In this document: positions 1-12,959 of the stretch, one piece after another
Layout: each line of letters begins with the position of its first letter
Numbering within the stretch: position 1 is the stretch's first letter
Source of the DNA: Takakia lepidozioides
Lineage: Eukaryota; Plantae; Bryophyta
NCBI GenBank assembly: GCA_030704615.1
Contig: CM060732.1
Location: 21,018,001 to 21,082,000 of the forward strand
Direction: 5' to 3'
DNA: 64,000 nt
Made by a program: the position numbers and the translations under genes
The notes under the pieces: generated by a model
What the model saw: the letters and a program-made list of their open reading frames with translations, nothing else
Told to the model about the DNA's origin: nothing
Databases searched by the model: none

Positions 1-59
1 CTTATGATGACCTGGAAGCATATTTGTTTTTCAGCCGTGCCAGCCTTGAATGGATGCAG
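1..59 (+). pseudogene. 3' end of a starch synthase VI-like exon, second copy (continues left of the window)
   Basis: Reads YDDLEAYLFFSRASLEWMQ followed by a GT donor; near-identical to 34351-34409. Confidence 0.8.
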
Positions 60-989
60 GTCTGAGCTGTTGCCCTTCACAACTTGATAACTTGACATGT
101 TTGCTCCATCAGCCCCTTGTGAAATTGATCATATTACAATTAGGTCAGAAATGGAATTCATGCTTTCTACAAAGCTAGATACTAGATAGTGTAAAGATTG
201 TTCAGACAAAAGTGTGGCTAGTTTGATATTGCTGCAGTCAAGAGGCCCAAACATTCAACCTTAGGAACTTTGTTCATTTGAGACCACTAACCCATCTATC
301 TCACCCCACTTTTATCGTTCTTCTTATACACACAGATCACAAAAACCCAACCAGACATAATTCATATCCATGAGTGGCAAATACTTGGCCTAGCAATCTA
401 CTGGGACATGTACCACCACATATATGATGAATATACCAGTTTCAGGCCCTCCAAGACTATGTTGTATGAGTTTAATCAGCTGAAAGTAATCTTTGCACAA
501 TGTTTTTTTCAATAATGTATCTTCGGATATATGGTCGTTATCCTGAATTATATCAAAATGTTAATGTCCACAGTAAACCTCGAAAATCTGGGCATGTGCA
601 ACACTTTAAATCGCAAGATATGCTTTAAATAAAGACAAAATAAATTATGAACGCTGGAACAAATATGCATTAAAAAACAATTTTTTTTTCATGAAAACAT
701 TACAAATGAAAATCCAAACAATTTGAAATCTAAACCAATCAAAAACAAAGATAAAAGAGAAATCATGTAAACAACATTCATAATCCAAATCTAGTTGTTG
801 TATCAAAACGAGCCACAATTTCTCTCTCTTTTGATGGATCTTATTTTAGATTTTTTCCAAGGCAGTGTCCCCTTTCTCAGCCTCCATGGCTTGTCATGTG
901 AGGTTATTTTTCCCTCAGCAATATATTTTGGTCTATCCCATACATTGTATTTTAATTGAAAAGAAAAACGAGCCACATAAGTTACCCAC

Positions 990-1170
990 CTAGGGTTGGT
1001 AGCTCGGTTGGATAAGTGCACTGTGTGTCACCCTTGCAGGGTTCAAATCATACCACTTTGGTCCTGAGGGTCCTAACCGGTTGGTCTGGGGGTGACGTTT
1101 CCCCCTTGTGTGCCCAATGCGTTATCTTAAAGGGGTTTAATTTTTCCCCTTTAAATATAATCTAAAAAAA
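990..1170 (+). mobile_element. tRNA-derived SINE-like element
   Basis: A-box-like tggtagctcggttgg and B-box-like gggttcaaatc, A-rich end. Copy at 35348-35570, relative at 55690-55890. Confidence 0.55.
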
Positions 1171-2024
1171 ACATTCCCTAAGTTAGATGGGTGACATGGG
1201 CCCAAAGCTGAAAAAACCATTGGCCCCTAATAGAAAAGTCGATTCAAAAGCTTAGACAGATGCAAAATGGTTTCAACTGGACATGATCTTGTTACCTAAC
1301 CTCCACCCAAAAAGACAACTGCTACCCAATCCAAAAAATCTTTAAATCCCAAAACTCTTTGTCGTTCAATGTGGAACATGATACATATTTATTATTAGGA
1401 ACACAAATCTGTGAAGTTTTTGAAGGGTTTGGATGAAATGATAACAACCATCCATCTTGAGAATTATTGAAAATAATATTTTGTCGATACTCTTATAAAG
1501 GTATCATGTCGAAGTTGGGATGTCTGTTTGATAGATGTTTAATATATCAAACTCTTATACGTTAATACTCTTACAGTGGTATCATATTTGATGTAGATAC
1601 ATAGCCAGCGTAGCTACGGCGTGAGCCCAGCCCCGTGAGCCTGGGAGCTGAGCTCACGTTGTAGCTGCAAAGCGTGAGCTAAGCTCACGCTTCAGGGAAG
1701 CGTGAGCGGCACAAATCTGCTGGAGAAGCAGGTCCTATAAGCGAGGATTGCAGGAAGAGGGCCTATTACCGTGGACAAAACAAAGGGGGCCACCATGCAC
1801 CATGTCTGCAATGCCTGCACAAAAAGAGGAATATGAAAATATGGCAGATTTGAGCTCAGAATGATTGACACGCTTTATTTCAATTCACAGATAGACGCTT
1901 ACAATGAATGGCATGTGCATTTGCCCTGGTTCCGCGAACGAAATGTATGTGTTTGTCCTAAATGCAAAGTCTTTACACGGTAACCTGGAAACCAGCATGG
2001 GAAGCGGGCATGGTTCGTATGTGT

Positions 2025-3400
2025 TCAAAGAGAATTTGGCGGAGCCCTACGTGAGGTGTCCCGCTGCAGAAGGGTGATTACTTCTCCGTAGCCTAGTGTG
2101 GCTTGGTGAATGAATTGGTCTCTCTTACCGTCGCAGCACATAATTACAAGGTATATGTAATATTGATGCTTGCAGGGGACCCACTTCCCTCTCATGTCGA
2201 GAGCGCCCTCACGCATCGTTACAAAATCCGGACAAGTGCACGTAGGGAAATTCCCCATGGTAACCTGATATTCTTTGCCATGAAGAACTGTGCCAATAGA
2301 CAGCACTGTGTAAATCCGTCCATACCCCGGGGCAGGGACTTTGGTGATACGAGTCACCCGAACCTGCAAAATTCTAGCCGATTCCATCTTGCATTCGTGA
2401 TCTGCACCCGAAACGACATGGCGCACTGTTTTTCCATCTCTTTTTGTTGGGTGGGAGTTGGCACCGGGTGGAGGCATTGCCGGAGCATGTGGCACATCTG
2501 TGCCGACAGTGCATGAGGGCACCACCCGGGACCGTGCAAGACAGAACCCTCCCTCCTCCAGCATGCTTATCTCGGTTGATGACAACGACGTCCCAAGTTT
2601 CACAGGCCGAATTGCGGGGGGAGGGGGCTTCATTATCACCGAAGGACGAACTGTTCCCTTGACGCATCGTGCCATATCGTCTGGGCAGAACCAGAACTTG
2701 TGGTCCTTTGACTCCCCACTATGACAAGGTCGGAACAACCCTGTGAATGTTGGAGCTGGAGTCCCTCTAGAGCCTTTGCATATTTTTGATTTGCATTTCT
2801 TGAAAGAGGGGGTCCAAATTGCCATGCAAGCCACTCTAGATCGTGGTGGGGTGCGTTCTATATGCCACTCACTATCAATGCAATCAGATTTATGCACCAT
2901 GGCCACCACCTCCTCCAATGGGATTCCTGTTGTTGTGCTTGCATGATCTGCACCTGCTCCACTGGAGGAGGACCCACTTGGGAAGGGGCGGGCACACGAC
3001 TTAGTCTGCACTGGAGACACCCTTGGTACAGAGAAATTGACCCTGTCCGGCCGATGTGAATCTCCATCCGACCCTTGGGAATCTCCATCCGACCCTGGAG
3101 GAGTGTTCAATTTCCTTTTGCATGATCCAAATCTTTCCTCGCCTTCCAAATGGGGGAGCCTGGATTGCAAAGGGGAGCCTTCAGTGCACCTGTTCAGAGC
3201 TCCGGCTATCTTCGATGGGTCTCCGGACCTACTCGCAGCCCTTATCATCAACAAAGTTGTATCAGGGCCCTTGCCTCCGCCCCGTCCCATCAGAAAATTG
3301 CGGTACCTGGTTTGTTGTGTAAGAGCCCGCACCATGTCATCAGCAATGGCCACATACAAGTCACATCCTGCTTTGGTAGACTGCTGCCAGGCTTGTTGTA
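2025..3400 (-). pseudogene. C-terminal half of the MULE-like transposase, with SWIM zinc finger
   Basis: ORF 2025..3359 has CTCPDF...CKH (SWIM CxC-xn-CxH), preceded by YQVTMGNFP. The frame extends upstream as WQQSTKAGCDLYVA. Confidence 0.75.
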
Positions 3401-6400
3401 ATGGTTTTTCACCTCTTGAAGGAACTCTGGTCCGAAGGTTGGGTGTGCAATTCTCAGTTGTTTCACAAAAGCACTTATAATAGTCCTTCTTGTGGCGGTC
3501 ATCTCTTTCTGGATGTGACTCTCAACACCCTTTGTTGTCCTTCTCTCCTCAGGGGTAGAGCTGTAGTATTCCAGTTTGCCACGCTCTCTTGCATTTGCAA
3601 TGTCTTGCTGCAAGGGAATACACGAGACTTGCATCAACCCAAGGGCAAGGGAAACAAACAGAAACAAGCATGTGGAAGTAGGAATATCAAAAGGCCAGAT
3701 GATGGAAGATGTATCTCACCGCGTACATATACTCCATGAAAGCCTCACGGGTCAACGAGTACCACGTTTCTGATGTCTTGGAGCTTTCGCACTTCTTATA
3801 CGTCTATGCTGAAAGGATAGTCTTGAAGTTGGTCAAGGGCATCTGCCCGATCCTTTGTATCCTATACAATGTGTGAACCAGACTCATTTTGACATACGAT
3901 GTCTCCGTCCCTCTGCAGAATGATGTGTGAAAGTCAGAATGAAATTCAAGAACCGTCAACAGAGGACTGGAACCAAAGAACCACGGAACCACAAGTGGAA
4001 CATGTAGAATGAGAAACCAACATGTTCACATCATTCATTGCCGTCAGAAGACCCATCATGTTCCCGTCACAATCCAGCACCATCAATCGAACAGAGTAAT
4101 GCCACTCTTCCTCCTGTGAGTGCAGCCTCCCAATGACAGCCATCCATGCAAGCAACCGGTGGTTGCCATCCCAAACGTGAAACATCTTCCCTGAGAATGC
4201 CTGGGTGGAAGGTTTCCTGGAGAGAAGAAGTTCGAATGATTCGTTCACCTGTCTCCAAATGGGATCCCAAGAGTCCACGATTGACTCATCCACAAGAAAC
4301 TCATTGCCTCTGGAATCCTTTGTAGAAACGTAAAAGACTGCGGATCCATCCAAATACCCATGAACAAACTCAGCCTCCAGCTTCAGGATGTCCTTGATGA
4401 GGGGTGGACGAACGACGGGCATGGAAACCAACCTACACAGGGGAATCTTCAACCTCCCACCCGGGGCAAGCATACTTTGCACCACAAGCTGAGAGTTTAC
4501 CTTCTGACCCCCCAGCATCTCAGCAGCTTTGCTTTCATAGAACTCATCGTCCACATCAACAATGATCTCCTTCCCCTACCCCGAAGGGATCTCATCCGCC
4601 ACACTTTGCATCTTCTCCTGCAGAGTTGTTCATTCAAATTGATATAAGAGAAAGGCATGAAACGATGGTGTTTTGAGCATGGCAGACAGGCCCTATGTGG
4701 CCCAATTTCTCATCAGAAAACAAGCAGTGTGGGGGCCGGAAATATTGTGCGTTGCCGCACAATGTTTCAGCTTCCAAATAGTGGTGTTTTGAACATGATA
4801 TTTGGCCATATGTGGCACATTTCCACCAAAAAACCAGGCAAAGAGGGGGCCAAAAAGGGGGCACAAACAGTGTGCGTTGCCGCACACTCTTCGTGCTACC
4901 AACTATGGGTGTTTTGAGCATGCATACTGGCCCTGTTTGGCCCAATTTCACATAGAAAAACAAGCAGAGAGGGGGCTCAAATAGTGTGCGTTGCCGCACA
5001 CTGTTTGAGCTTCCAATAAGGGTTCGTTTCAACCTGCCAGAGTGGCCCTATGTGGCCGATTTTCACATGAAAAAAAAACAATGACAAGGTGGGATCAAAC
5101 AGTGTGCGTTGACGCACACTGTTTGAGCTGCCAGGTAAGTGTGCATTGAACCTGCAAGACTGGCCCTATGTGGCCGATTTTCACATGAAAAAAACAATGA
5201 CAAGGTGGGCTCAAATAGTGTGCGTTGACGCACACTGTTTGAGTTGCCAGGTAAGTGTGCATTGAACCTAGCAGACTGGCCCTATGTGGCCGATTTTCAC
5301 ATGAAAAAAACAATGCAAGGTGGGCTCAAACAGTGTGTGTTGAAGCACACTGTTTGAGCTGCCGGGTAAGTGTGCATTGAACCTCAAAGAGATGCCCTAT
5401 GTGGCCGAATTTCAAATGAAAAAAACAATGACAAGGTGGGCTCAAAAAGTGTGCGTTGACGCACACTGCTGGAGCTGCCAGGAAATTGTTGATTGAACCT
5501 CATAGAGATACCCTATCTGGACGATTTTATTATGAAAAAAGCAGTGAGAAGGGGGGCTCGAACAGTGTGCGTGGGCGCACTGTTTGAGCTTCGAATTAGG
5601 GGTGGATTGAACCAGATATAGAGGCCCTTGTGTGCACCATTTCCACACCAAAAAACAAGGCACAAGGGGGGCTCAAACAGTGTGCGTTGACGCACACTGT
5701 TTGAGCTTCCAATTCGGGGTGGATTGAACCTGCCATAGTGGCCCTATGTGTTTTGAACATCAAAAAACAAGCAAAATGGGGGGCTCAAACAGTGTGCGGT
5801 GCCACACACTATTTGAGCTTCCAATTCGGGGTGGATTGAACCTGCCATAGTGGCCCCATGTGGCCGTTTTGAACATAAAAAAACAAGCAAAATGAGGGGC
5901 TCAAACAGTGTGTGGTGCCGCACACTGTTTGAGCTTCCAATTCGGGGTGGATTGAACCTGCCATAGTGGCCCTATGTGGCCGTTTTGAATATCAAAAAAC
6001 AAGCAAAATGGGGGGCTCAAACAGTGTGTGGTGCCGCACACTGTTTGAGCTTCCGATTCGGTGTGGATTGAACCTGCCATACTGGCCCTATGTGGCCATT
6101 TTGAACATCAAAAAACAAGCAAACTGGGGGGCTCAAACAGTGTGCGGTGCGGCACACTGTTTGAGCTTCCAATTCGGGGTGGATTGAACCTGCCATAGTG
6201 GCCCTATGTGGTCATTTTGAACATCAAAAAACAAGCAAAATGGGGGGCTCAAACAGTGTGCGGTGCCGCACACTGTTTGAGCTTCCAATTCGGGGGGGAT
6301 TCAACGTCCCATAGTGGCCCTATGTGGCCGTTTTGAACATGAAGGAAAATGGGGGGCTCAAACAGTGTGCGGTGCCGCACACAGTTTGAGCTTCCAATTC

Positions 6401-7082
6401 GGGGTGGATTGAACCTGCCATAGTGGCCCTATGTGGCCGTTTTGAACATCAAAAAACAAGCAAAAGGGGGGGCTCAAACGGTGTGCGTTGCCGCACACTG
6501 TTTGAGCTTCCAATTCGGGGTGGATTCAACCTGCCAGAGATGCCATGTATAGGCGGTTTTCATATCAAAATACAAGCACAACTGGGGTTCACATCACCAA
6601 TGAAGCACAAAGGTCGGTCTCAAACATTGTACTTTTTTTTTGGCTGCTCCAGAAGACTCCCCAATCGCCGGAGACCCTTTGCGCTTCGGATTGCTCTCTA
6701 CGCCGAGCATGTTCTGGAGCATCTCCCCATCCTCTTTTCCACTATCTGGTTCTTCCTGAGGCCAGCATCAATATCTTCTTCGGCGTCCGTCTCTCCCTCG
6801 GATTCAATCTCCTCCTCACCTGTTCTTGGAAGTATTGCAGGCTGCTATTCTTCTCCAGATTCCTGCTCTTCCATCGCCAGACTTTCCTCTTTGCCCTCTT
6901 CTTCCTCCTTTTCCTCTTCGTCTACTCTTCCATCCTCATTCTATATCTAGCTCTATTCCTATCCCTAGTGCTCGTGAAGTATAACGACTTCCTTCTCTTC
7001 CTCCTCCGGTGGAAACAAGGGCTCCCCACGCTGCCTTTGGAGCTCTCCAGTTTGACGTTTGCAACAAGCGTTGCTATGGCAT
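3393..7082 (-). pseudogene. Intron-containing gene for a ParB/sulfiredoxin-fold protein with an acidic N-terminus; 3' truncated
   Basis: Exons about 7080-6633 (Glu-rich), 4617-4022 (VWDGNHRLLAW, the ParB/Srx GxxR-type motif), 3912-3721 and 3607-3393. GT-AG borders; several in-frame TAG stops. Confidence 0.65.
4670..6565. repeat. Tandem array of 16 ~116-bp units, each with a 36-bp palindrome GCTCAAACAGTGTGCG-N4-CGCACACTGTTTGAGC
   Basis: Palindrome cores start near 4736, 4861, 4975, 5093, 5209, 5324, 5440, 5556, 5671, 5783, 5899, 6015, 6131, 6247, 6356 and 6472. Confidence 0.95.
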
Positions 7083-7149
7083 GTAACCAAAGTAAAAATT
7101 GGACATTGTTAACCGTATTTGGATGCGGGTGTCATCATTGTGTGCTAAC

Positions 7150-7284
7150 GGAATTCATCTATTGTGTGCGAGCTGCGTTTTGTTGATTGGGAGTCCCTTT
7201 GTGTGCAGCGGGTTCAATACGTGCCAGCAGAGTTTGATGGGGACATCTTGTTTGAGCTCAACCCTCCCACGTCTTCCAGTGGAC
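7150..7284 (+). pseudogene. N-terminal fragment of the MULE-like transposase, left of the gypsy insertion
   Basis: ELRFVDWESLCVQRVQYVPAEFDGDILFEL; continues at 20570 (with a frameshift) once the gypsy element and one TGGAC copy are removed. Confidence 0.6.
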
Positions 7285-8271
7285 TGTCGAGCGGCTTTTA
7301 CTCACCCATCCCTTCGCTATCCGAGGTGGGAACTCCAAGATAGAAGAGTTGGAGATCTCTAAGCACTCAGCCCGCTCAGAACAATCAGGCATGACCTACA
7401 GCTAGTGTATCATGGGGGTGTTTCCTATTTGTACTCCTTCTCACATTCATGTTAGCAAGTTACCTTACTATCTGCAATTAAGTATCAGTTTGCTTTAGAA
7501 ATCTATCAAGTTCCATCCATTCATTCCACAACTTCACTCAGGTCTCTCTACACAGTGTGAGTATGAAGTATGTATCCGATTAATATCTACCAAGTATCAG
7601 GCTGAAGCCATGGTGTCTCTAATCTACTTGACATTACAATTCTACAGCTTGCATTCATCAAGTAACAACAGATCGTCACTTTTCCTACTCAAAGATGTGC
7701 TCTCCCTTCTATTTCCCCAGGCCCTGATGTCCGAAGTCCCCTCCCGTGAAGTGATGTCTCGACGTCCCCGCTCTTCGCTTTTTCTACCTACAAGCTGTTC
7801 TAACCGCTTTCCTAACTAACCGTCATCCCTGTAGTACACGTTCCTTTTTCAGATGTCATTCCCCCACCGTCATTCCCTGCCAATGATAACTGTTCCCTAG
7901 CTGTGCCGAGCTGTGACTGGCTGTATCAGGCTGTGACGGGCTGTGACTGGTTGTGTCGGGCTGTGTAGGGCTGTGCGAAGCTGTGGCGGCTGTATCGGGC
8001 TGTGACTGGCTGTGTTGGGCTGTGTCAACTGTGCGAAGCTGTGACGGCTGTGTCTGACTATGTCGACTGTGTCGGCTGTGTTGGACTGTGACGGGTTGTG
8101 ACGGCTGTGTTGACTGTGACTGGCTGTGTTGGACTGTGACGAGCTGTGTATCTCCCCCCTAAAGCCTGTTGTTGTCACCCCTAAGGCTCCTGTTGGTCTC
8201 AGTCTGTATAAAAATTAAGGGTACCCCACAGATCCCGTAAAAGCGTCTAAGTCCCAAGAAGCCCTCTAACA
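7285..8271 (-). repeat. 3' LTR of the gypsy element
   Basis: tgtcgagcggct...ctctaaca; matches 19548-20564; contains a ~10-bp ctgtg-type minisatellite. Confidence 0.95.
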
Positions 8272-8289
8272 TTTACCCCTCCCCCTCTC
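8272..8289 (-). other. Polypurine tract
   Basis: Minus strand gagagggggaggggtaaa abuts the 3' LTR. Confidence 0.85.
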
Positions 8290-8310
8290 AAAAAGCCGTG
8301 TCTTCACGGT

Positions 8311-11300
8311 TTACTGTTTGGGATTAGCAAACCTTTGTGAGCGAGCGTCCTTGTGACGTTGAGAGTCTCGTGAAGGACTTCGTGTGTGAGCCAGTGTCCT
8401 GTCACTTGTTGAGGGAGATGATTGAGCACTACCTGGAAATGTCAGTCCTTCCTTTGGCTGATATCGAGGTAATCTTTCAGGCATAGGAGACCCCCGTCGC
8501 TTCTTCTCTGCCATCTGAATTGCATAGTCCTCTGCCATGTCAAAAGAGTCCGCTGAAGAAACAGTAGTATCAGAATCCTCGTCCCCCCTGAGGTGTTTTA
8601 ACGGTCGAACTCTAACTAGAATTCTATGGGGCATACAATGTTGTCCCACCATGTCTGGAAGTTTAAACTGCAAAACTTGTTGTAAGCGCTGAATGGCAAA
8701 ATTGGTGAAGACCCTGAGCTCCTTGTCTGTCCAGGCGAGTGGGGTACCAATGACTTGTAAATTGTGCAAGTTTTTCCATGCCTCATGGCCCTTAAAGAAA
8801 ATATCGTCAGGCCCGAATTTCTGTGTTGACAAATTATTCCAGGCCGCATGAAACCATGACCGAATTTGAGAATCCATTTGCATCATAACTTTTGCCTCAT
8901 ATAGGTACATATGAGGTGGCACTACAGATAAGATCCAATGATCTCCACTGGAATAACTCAGAAAGCGCGATTGCATCTTCTGCTGCTCAATGTGATAACG
9001 TGCCAGAAAACAAGCAGCGTAGTATAACCCGCAGCCCATGACAATACTTGCTACTTCCTTGGTTTTGGTATAAATGAATCCATGTACAACTTGGAAGGCA
9101 ATTAATTCCTTCAACATGGTACTTGCCTCATGCCAGTACCTCGCAAAGTGATGATCCTCAATTGGTCGATTGTTTGGAAGAACCCTAGTCCTAGTTGCCA
9201 CTGGCAGCCAAATGCGCATGATCTGATAGTAATGTGCCAACGACTGCGGAGGACTAAATTCCTTCCAAGCCAAAGCCAACACAATGGGAATTTGGTTGAA
9301 GGGCATAACCATAGCCCGAATGTACTCCCGTGCAGCAGGAGTTTTAGCTGGGTTAAAAGCAGCATCCCCCCATACCTCAGGCTGTGGCGGCTTTGGTGTG
9401 GCTATAGTAACAACAGGGTCAGCTACTGTCACAGTCACTTGTTGTGGTATTGGTATCACTGGCTCTTGTACCACTGGCATCTCCTGCACCCCCTACGAAG
9501 AAGACTGAAAAGCTAAAGTTCTGGCTTGTAAATATGAAGCCATCAGTTGCTCCTCAGGTATAAAGACTCTTTTGTCAATATTTGATGTCAGGTCCTCCAC
9601 CTGAGTCTGCAGGCCATCTATATCCTCTTGTAGCTCCGCTATCCTACTATAGACATTGTCTATAGTAATTGTGGCAATGTTCTGCACCTGCAACCTGAGT
9701 TCATTCATCTCGCCTTGGGTGAGCTTCCGTGGTGCTTTGCCTTCCACCGGTACTTGTGCTAACCAGACCTGCAGAAGATGGTTATCCACCAAGTTGGTTA
9801 TCCACCAAGTTGGTTGTGGTACCTCTGAGAGTCTGCTCCTCTTTGAGTTTGTACATATCTAACTGTTGTTGTAAAGCCTCCATGCGCTTCGCATGAGGTT
9901 CAACCAAACTCGCATAGGCAGCAAGCAGATTATTGGCTTCCTTCCAAGCCTTGTTAGTGACAGAGAGTTCATTTCTATTGGCCATGACCGTTTGTTGCAA
10001 TTCCAGGATGTACCTCTCTTGGTCAGCTTCAACCTGCCTGTATTGCTTGAAAGTATTCTCATTGCGACAGATTGTATTCTTCATATCAATAATGAGTTTT
10101 GTCTGCTCGAGATTATCTGCCTGTGCCTTTATACATCTTTCCGCTTGGCTGTTAACTTCTAATGTAGTTTGCTCAAGCGTAGTTGTGAGTGTAGCACATT
10201 GTATGGCCATCCTGTCATGCACTGTCTGCAACTCCGTATGTAGTGCATTCACTTCTTGCAACTTGTTCTCATGCTTCACCTGCATTTGGTATAGCTGTTG
10301 CTTATGTGATTCGTACAACTGGTCCTACGCGAGGCCTGCTTCAATCAAATATTCCTTGGCCAACTGCAAAGCAGCTGTTGTATCCTCTAACTCTTGCTGT
10401 AATTTGAGAATGACCTCCTCATCGACCTTGTTTGCACATTCAGTGGTAAGTCGAGCCTCAAACTCCTTCCTGAGTTCCTCCCTCAAAGCTACCAATTGGG
10501 TAGATAGAACATGGGATTTCACATAAGTGCCCAACAAATTAAGTGTCCTGCTTATGGAACTCATAAGCATGGCCTGTTGAGGGTCATCATGGTGAGCTTG
10601 CTGCTGTTCTCCCTGATCCTCAACAGTGTGATGCCTCACGAACCATTCAGGCCATTGCCCCACCAGATTTTCTTCCTGAACCACCTCATCCGCTACAGGT
10701 GCTGCAGTGTCTTGACATTCTACCTGTGGTACCTCCGTCAGAGGTGTGGGTATTACAACAACAGCAGGGTTTTCCCTGGACAACCGCTGCACCTCCGGAA
10801 TCACTGTTTCCCTAATCAAACCAGAATTTTCATAGAGAAGGTCCCCCTTCCCAATTTATGCCACCACCTATTCTGTAGTGGGGATATCTAACCTTTTTTT
10901 CTCCAAATCAATTATTTTGTGGTGGAACTGCATTGACAACTTGTGGTAACTCTGAGACAAGCCGATCATCTGGCTGTGATGGCTGTGATACTGAAGTAAC
11001 CTCATGTTCTCTCTCCACAGGTTGCGTTGTTTGTACCCACATCTCTTTGTGCTGCTGTGCCCCCTCTTGCACAAGAGTATGAGTAACTTCTTCCTCTGGC
11101 TGTCTCGTAGTCAATGGTTCTGCTTCTAATGTGATTGCTTTCCTCTGCCTCTTAGGCTGTTGATGCTCTGCCAATCCTCCTTCACCCTGTGAAGAACCTT
11201 GCTCTTCTATGGCAGTGGTTGCTGTCTCAAACACTCCCATCTCCTTCCTTTCTCTCGCATCAAGTATGCACGAGTCTAGAATAATTTGTGCAATGATTGG

Positions 11301-12008
11301 CCCAGACACTATGATAGGAGACTTTGCGGCAGTGCCTTGTAATCTCTTCATCTCCTCTACCAGTCCGTTGTACATTATGTCCGCCCATGCTACCTCTTAT
11401 CCTCTCAGGGCTTTGAGTATTTCCTCTGTGAAGGATCTGCTCAAATACTGTTGGTTCTGTTTCATGGCAAACAGAACGTTCAATACCTGGCCTACCTCCC
11501 TTAGCCCTGGGTACACGGCCTTGGTACAAGCATAACCTTGAGTTTTAAAGAAACTTCCTTCTTGGAATAAGTCCCCTATTTGCAGTCTTGCCCTGTGCTC
11601 CTCCATATGCACCTGACCTGATGGCAATTCAAACAATTGCTGTAGGTATAGGGGAGTAACTTCTAATTCAACTCCCTTCACCGTTGTTGCTCCTGTCCTA
11701 GGCCTAAAGTGCTGCAAGAATTGTAACATGTACTGCCTATGGTGCAATGTCCAATCTTTGCTTTGCAATCCTTCTAATCGCAGCTCCTTCAATAACTGTA
11801 CCGCCTGTGGAGTAGCAATCGTTTGTTTCTGCAGGATTGTGGTGCTCTTCACCCTGATTTCTTCCATTCCTCTCACTCTCTTCATTCTAGACCCACAGAA
11901 AGGTTTTGGCTGTAACAATTGAAGAAATGCCTGCAGGGCACAAAGCATAAACGTATGGTTGCCACAAAATGCTATGGGTAATTTTTTGTAACCCTGCGGG
12001 GCTTGCAA
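8311..12008 (-). pseudogene. Large extra ORF 3' of pol, broken into six pieces (plant-transposon-protein-like N-terminus, coiled coil, unknown C-terminal domain)
   Basis: ORFs 11397..12008, 10908..11375, 10325..10819, 9782..10318, 9493..9792 and 8311..9489 join through in-frame stops or frameshifts; one frameshift is a 16-bp duplication at 9781-9812. Confidence 0.7.
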
Positions 12009-12594
12009 GCATCGATTAAGAGAAAAGATACTCTTTGTTCTTCTATCCCCGTGCCACTACGTAAGTAGTATCGCGAGCGTATAATCTGTTAGTTCCTCCA
12101 TAGCTTCAAAGCTATAGCATTGATGGTATGTCCCGTCGAGACGCCCGTTACTTGGAACGATGCCGACTCTTGCGCTTAAAATCCCTATAATTTCTTGATC
12201 CTGCTTCTGGCTTATGATTGGCTGTAATTGTTGTGACTGGATTTTAGATTTAATTTCCTTCCATGGATTTTCCACTCTGGACTGTCCACTAGGATAGCAC
12301 ATGTGACATGGATTTCGCTTTTCGGTACTTTTGAAGGGTTCCGTTACTCTTTCCCTGTATGCATTAATGGGCCCATAATAAGTTAATATGCCGTGTAGGT
12401 ACTTTGACGGCCAATTTTGTCTTTTTCCTTGATGACAGTCGCTCTTGCAATCCATGTCCGGCTGTGTGTCTCGCCCTGGCGTCCACGTGTCCATTTCTAA
12501 ACGTGCCTCCGTCCACTTTTCCGCCGGCCACTCTCCGGTTGTTAATTCACGTCCATCTGTCACTGATCCTATGGATTGTGTAACCCCAGTAAGT

Positions 12595-12826
12595 TGTGTT
12601 GAGCTGTGATAGGCTGTGTGTGGTACGCTGTGATAGGCTGTGTTGCACTGTGGTAAGCTGTGATAGGCTGTGACACGCTGTGGTAGGTTGTGATAGGCTG
12701 TGTGACACTGTGATGGGCTGTGATAGGTTGTGTCGCGCCGTGATGGGCTGTGATAGGCTGTGTCGCGCCCTGAAGGGTTGTGATAGGCTGTGCCACACTG
12801 TAATGGGCTGTGATAGGCTGTGCCAT
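12595..12826. repeat. 30-bp tandem repeat (tgtgataggctgtg core) 3' of integrase
   Basis: About 8 units; translates as TAYHSP repeats; related to the LTR minisatellite. Confidence 0.85.
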
Positions 12827-12959
12827 ACTTGTACTGCCCGCCCTGGTCATATACGCTCGGCCTAGCAACAAGTGCCCCATACTCCGTTGGTATCACTGGC
12901 GCAGCCCGTGACTGCTTCTGCGTTTCAACATGCAAATCATGCTGCAATGGTTTGTCATG

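Larger units (their letters stand above)
1..1606 (+). repeat. Segmental duplication, copy A (paralog of 34351-36006)
   Basis: Colinear, highly similar sequence from cttatgatgacctggaag to gatgtagatacatagcca. Copy A lacks ~40 bp present near 35508-35548. Confidence 0.95.

Noticed and set aside
990-1060. tRNA gene (also 35348-35420, 47120-47175, 56005-56065)
   Set aside because: A/B-box-like motifs but no convincing cloverleaf; better explained as SINE heads.
3946-4554. Bacterial contamination or a prokaryotic par operon
   Set aside because: The ParB-like region has GT-AG introns, no parA neighbour, and sits among plant transposons.
4670-6565. CRISPR array (36-bp palindromic repeats at regular spacing)
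   Set aside because: The ~80-bp linkers are homologous to each other rather than unique spacers, there are no cas genes, and the context is a eukaryotic intron.
6423-7186. Ser-rich and Phe/Leu-rich + strand ORFs (175 aa, 213 aa)
   Set aside because: Antisense shadows of the Glu-rich minus-strand exon.
7897-8178. Ser/His/Gln/Thr-rich ORFs in the LTRs (also 20087-20471)
   Set aside because: Translation of the LTR minisatellite.
8311-12008. env gene
   Set aside because: Env-like position, but no evident signal peptide, cleavage site or C-terminal TM anchor.
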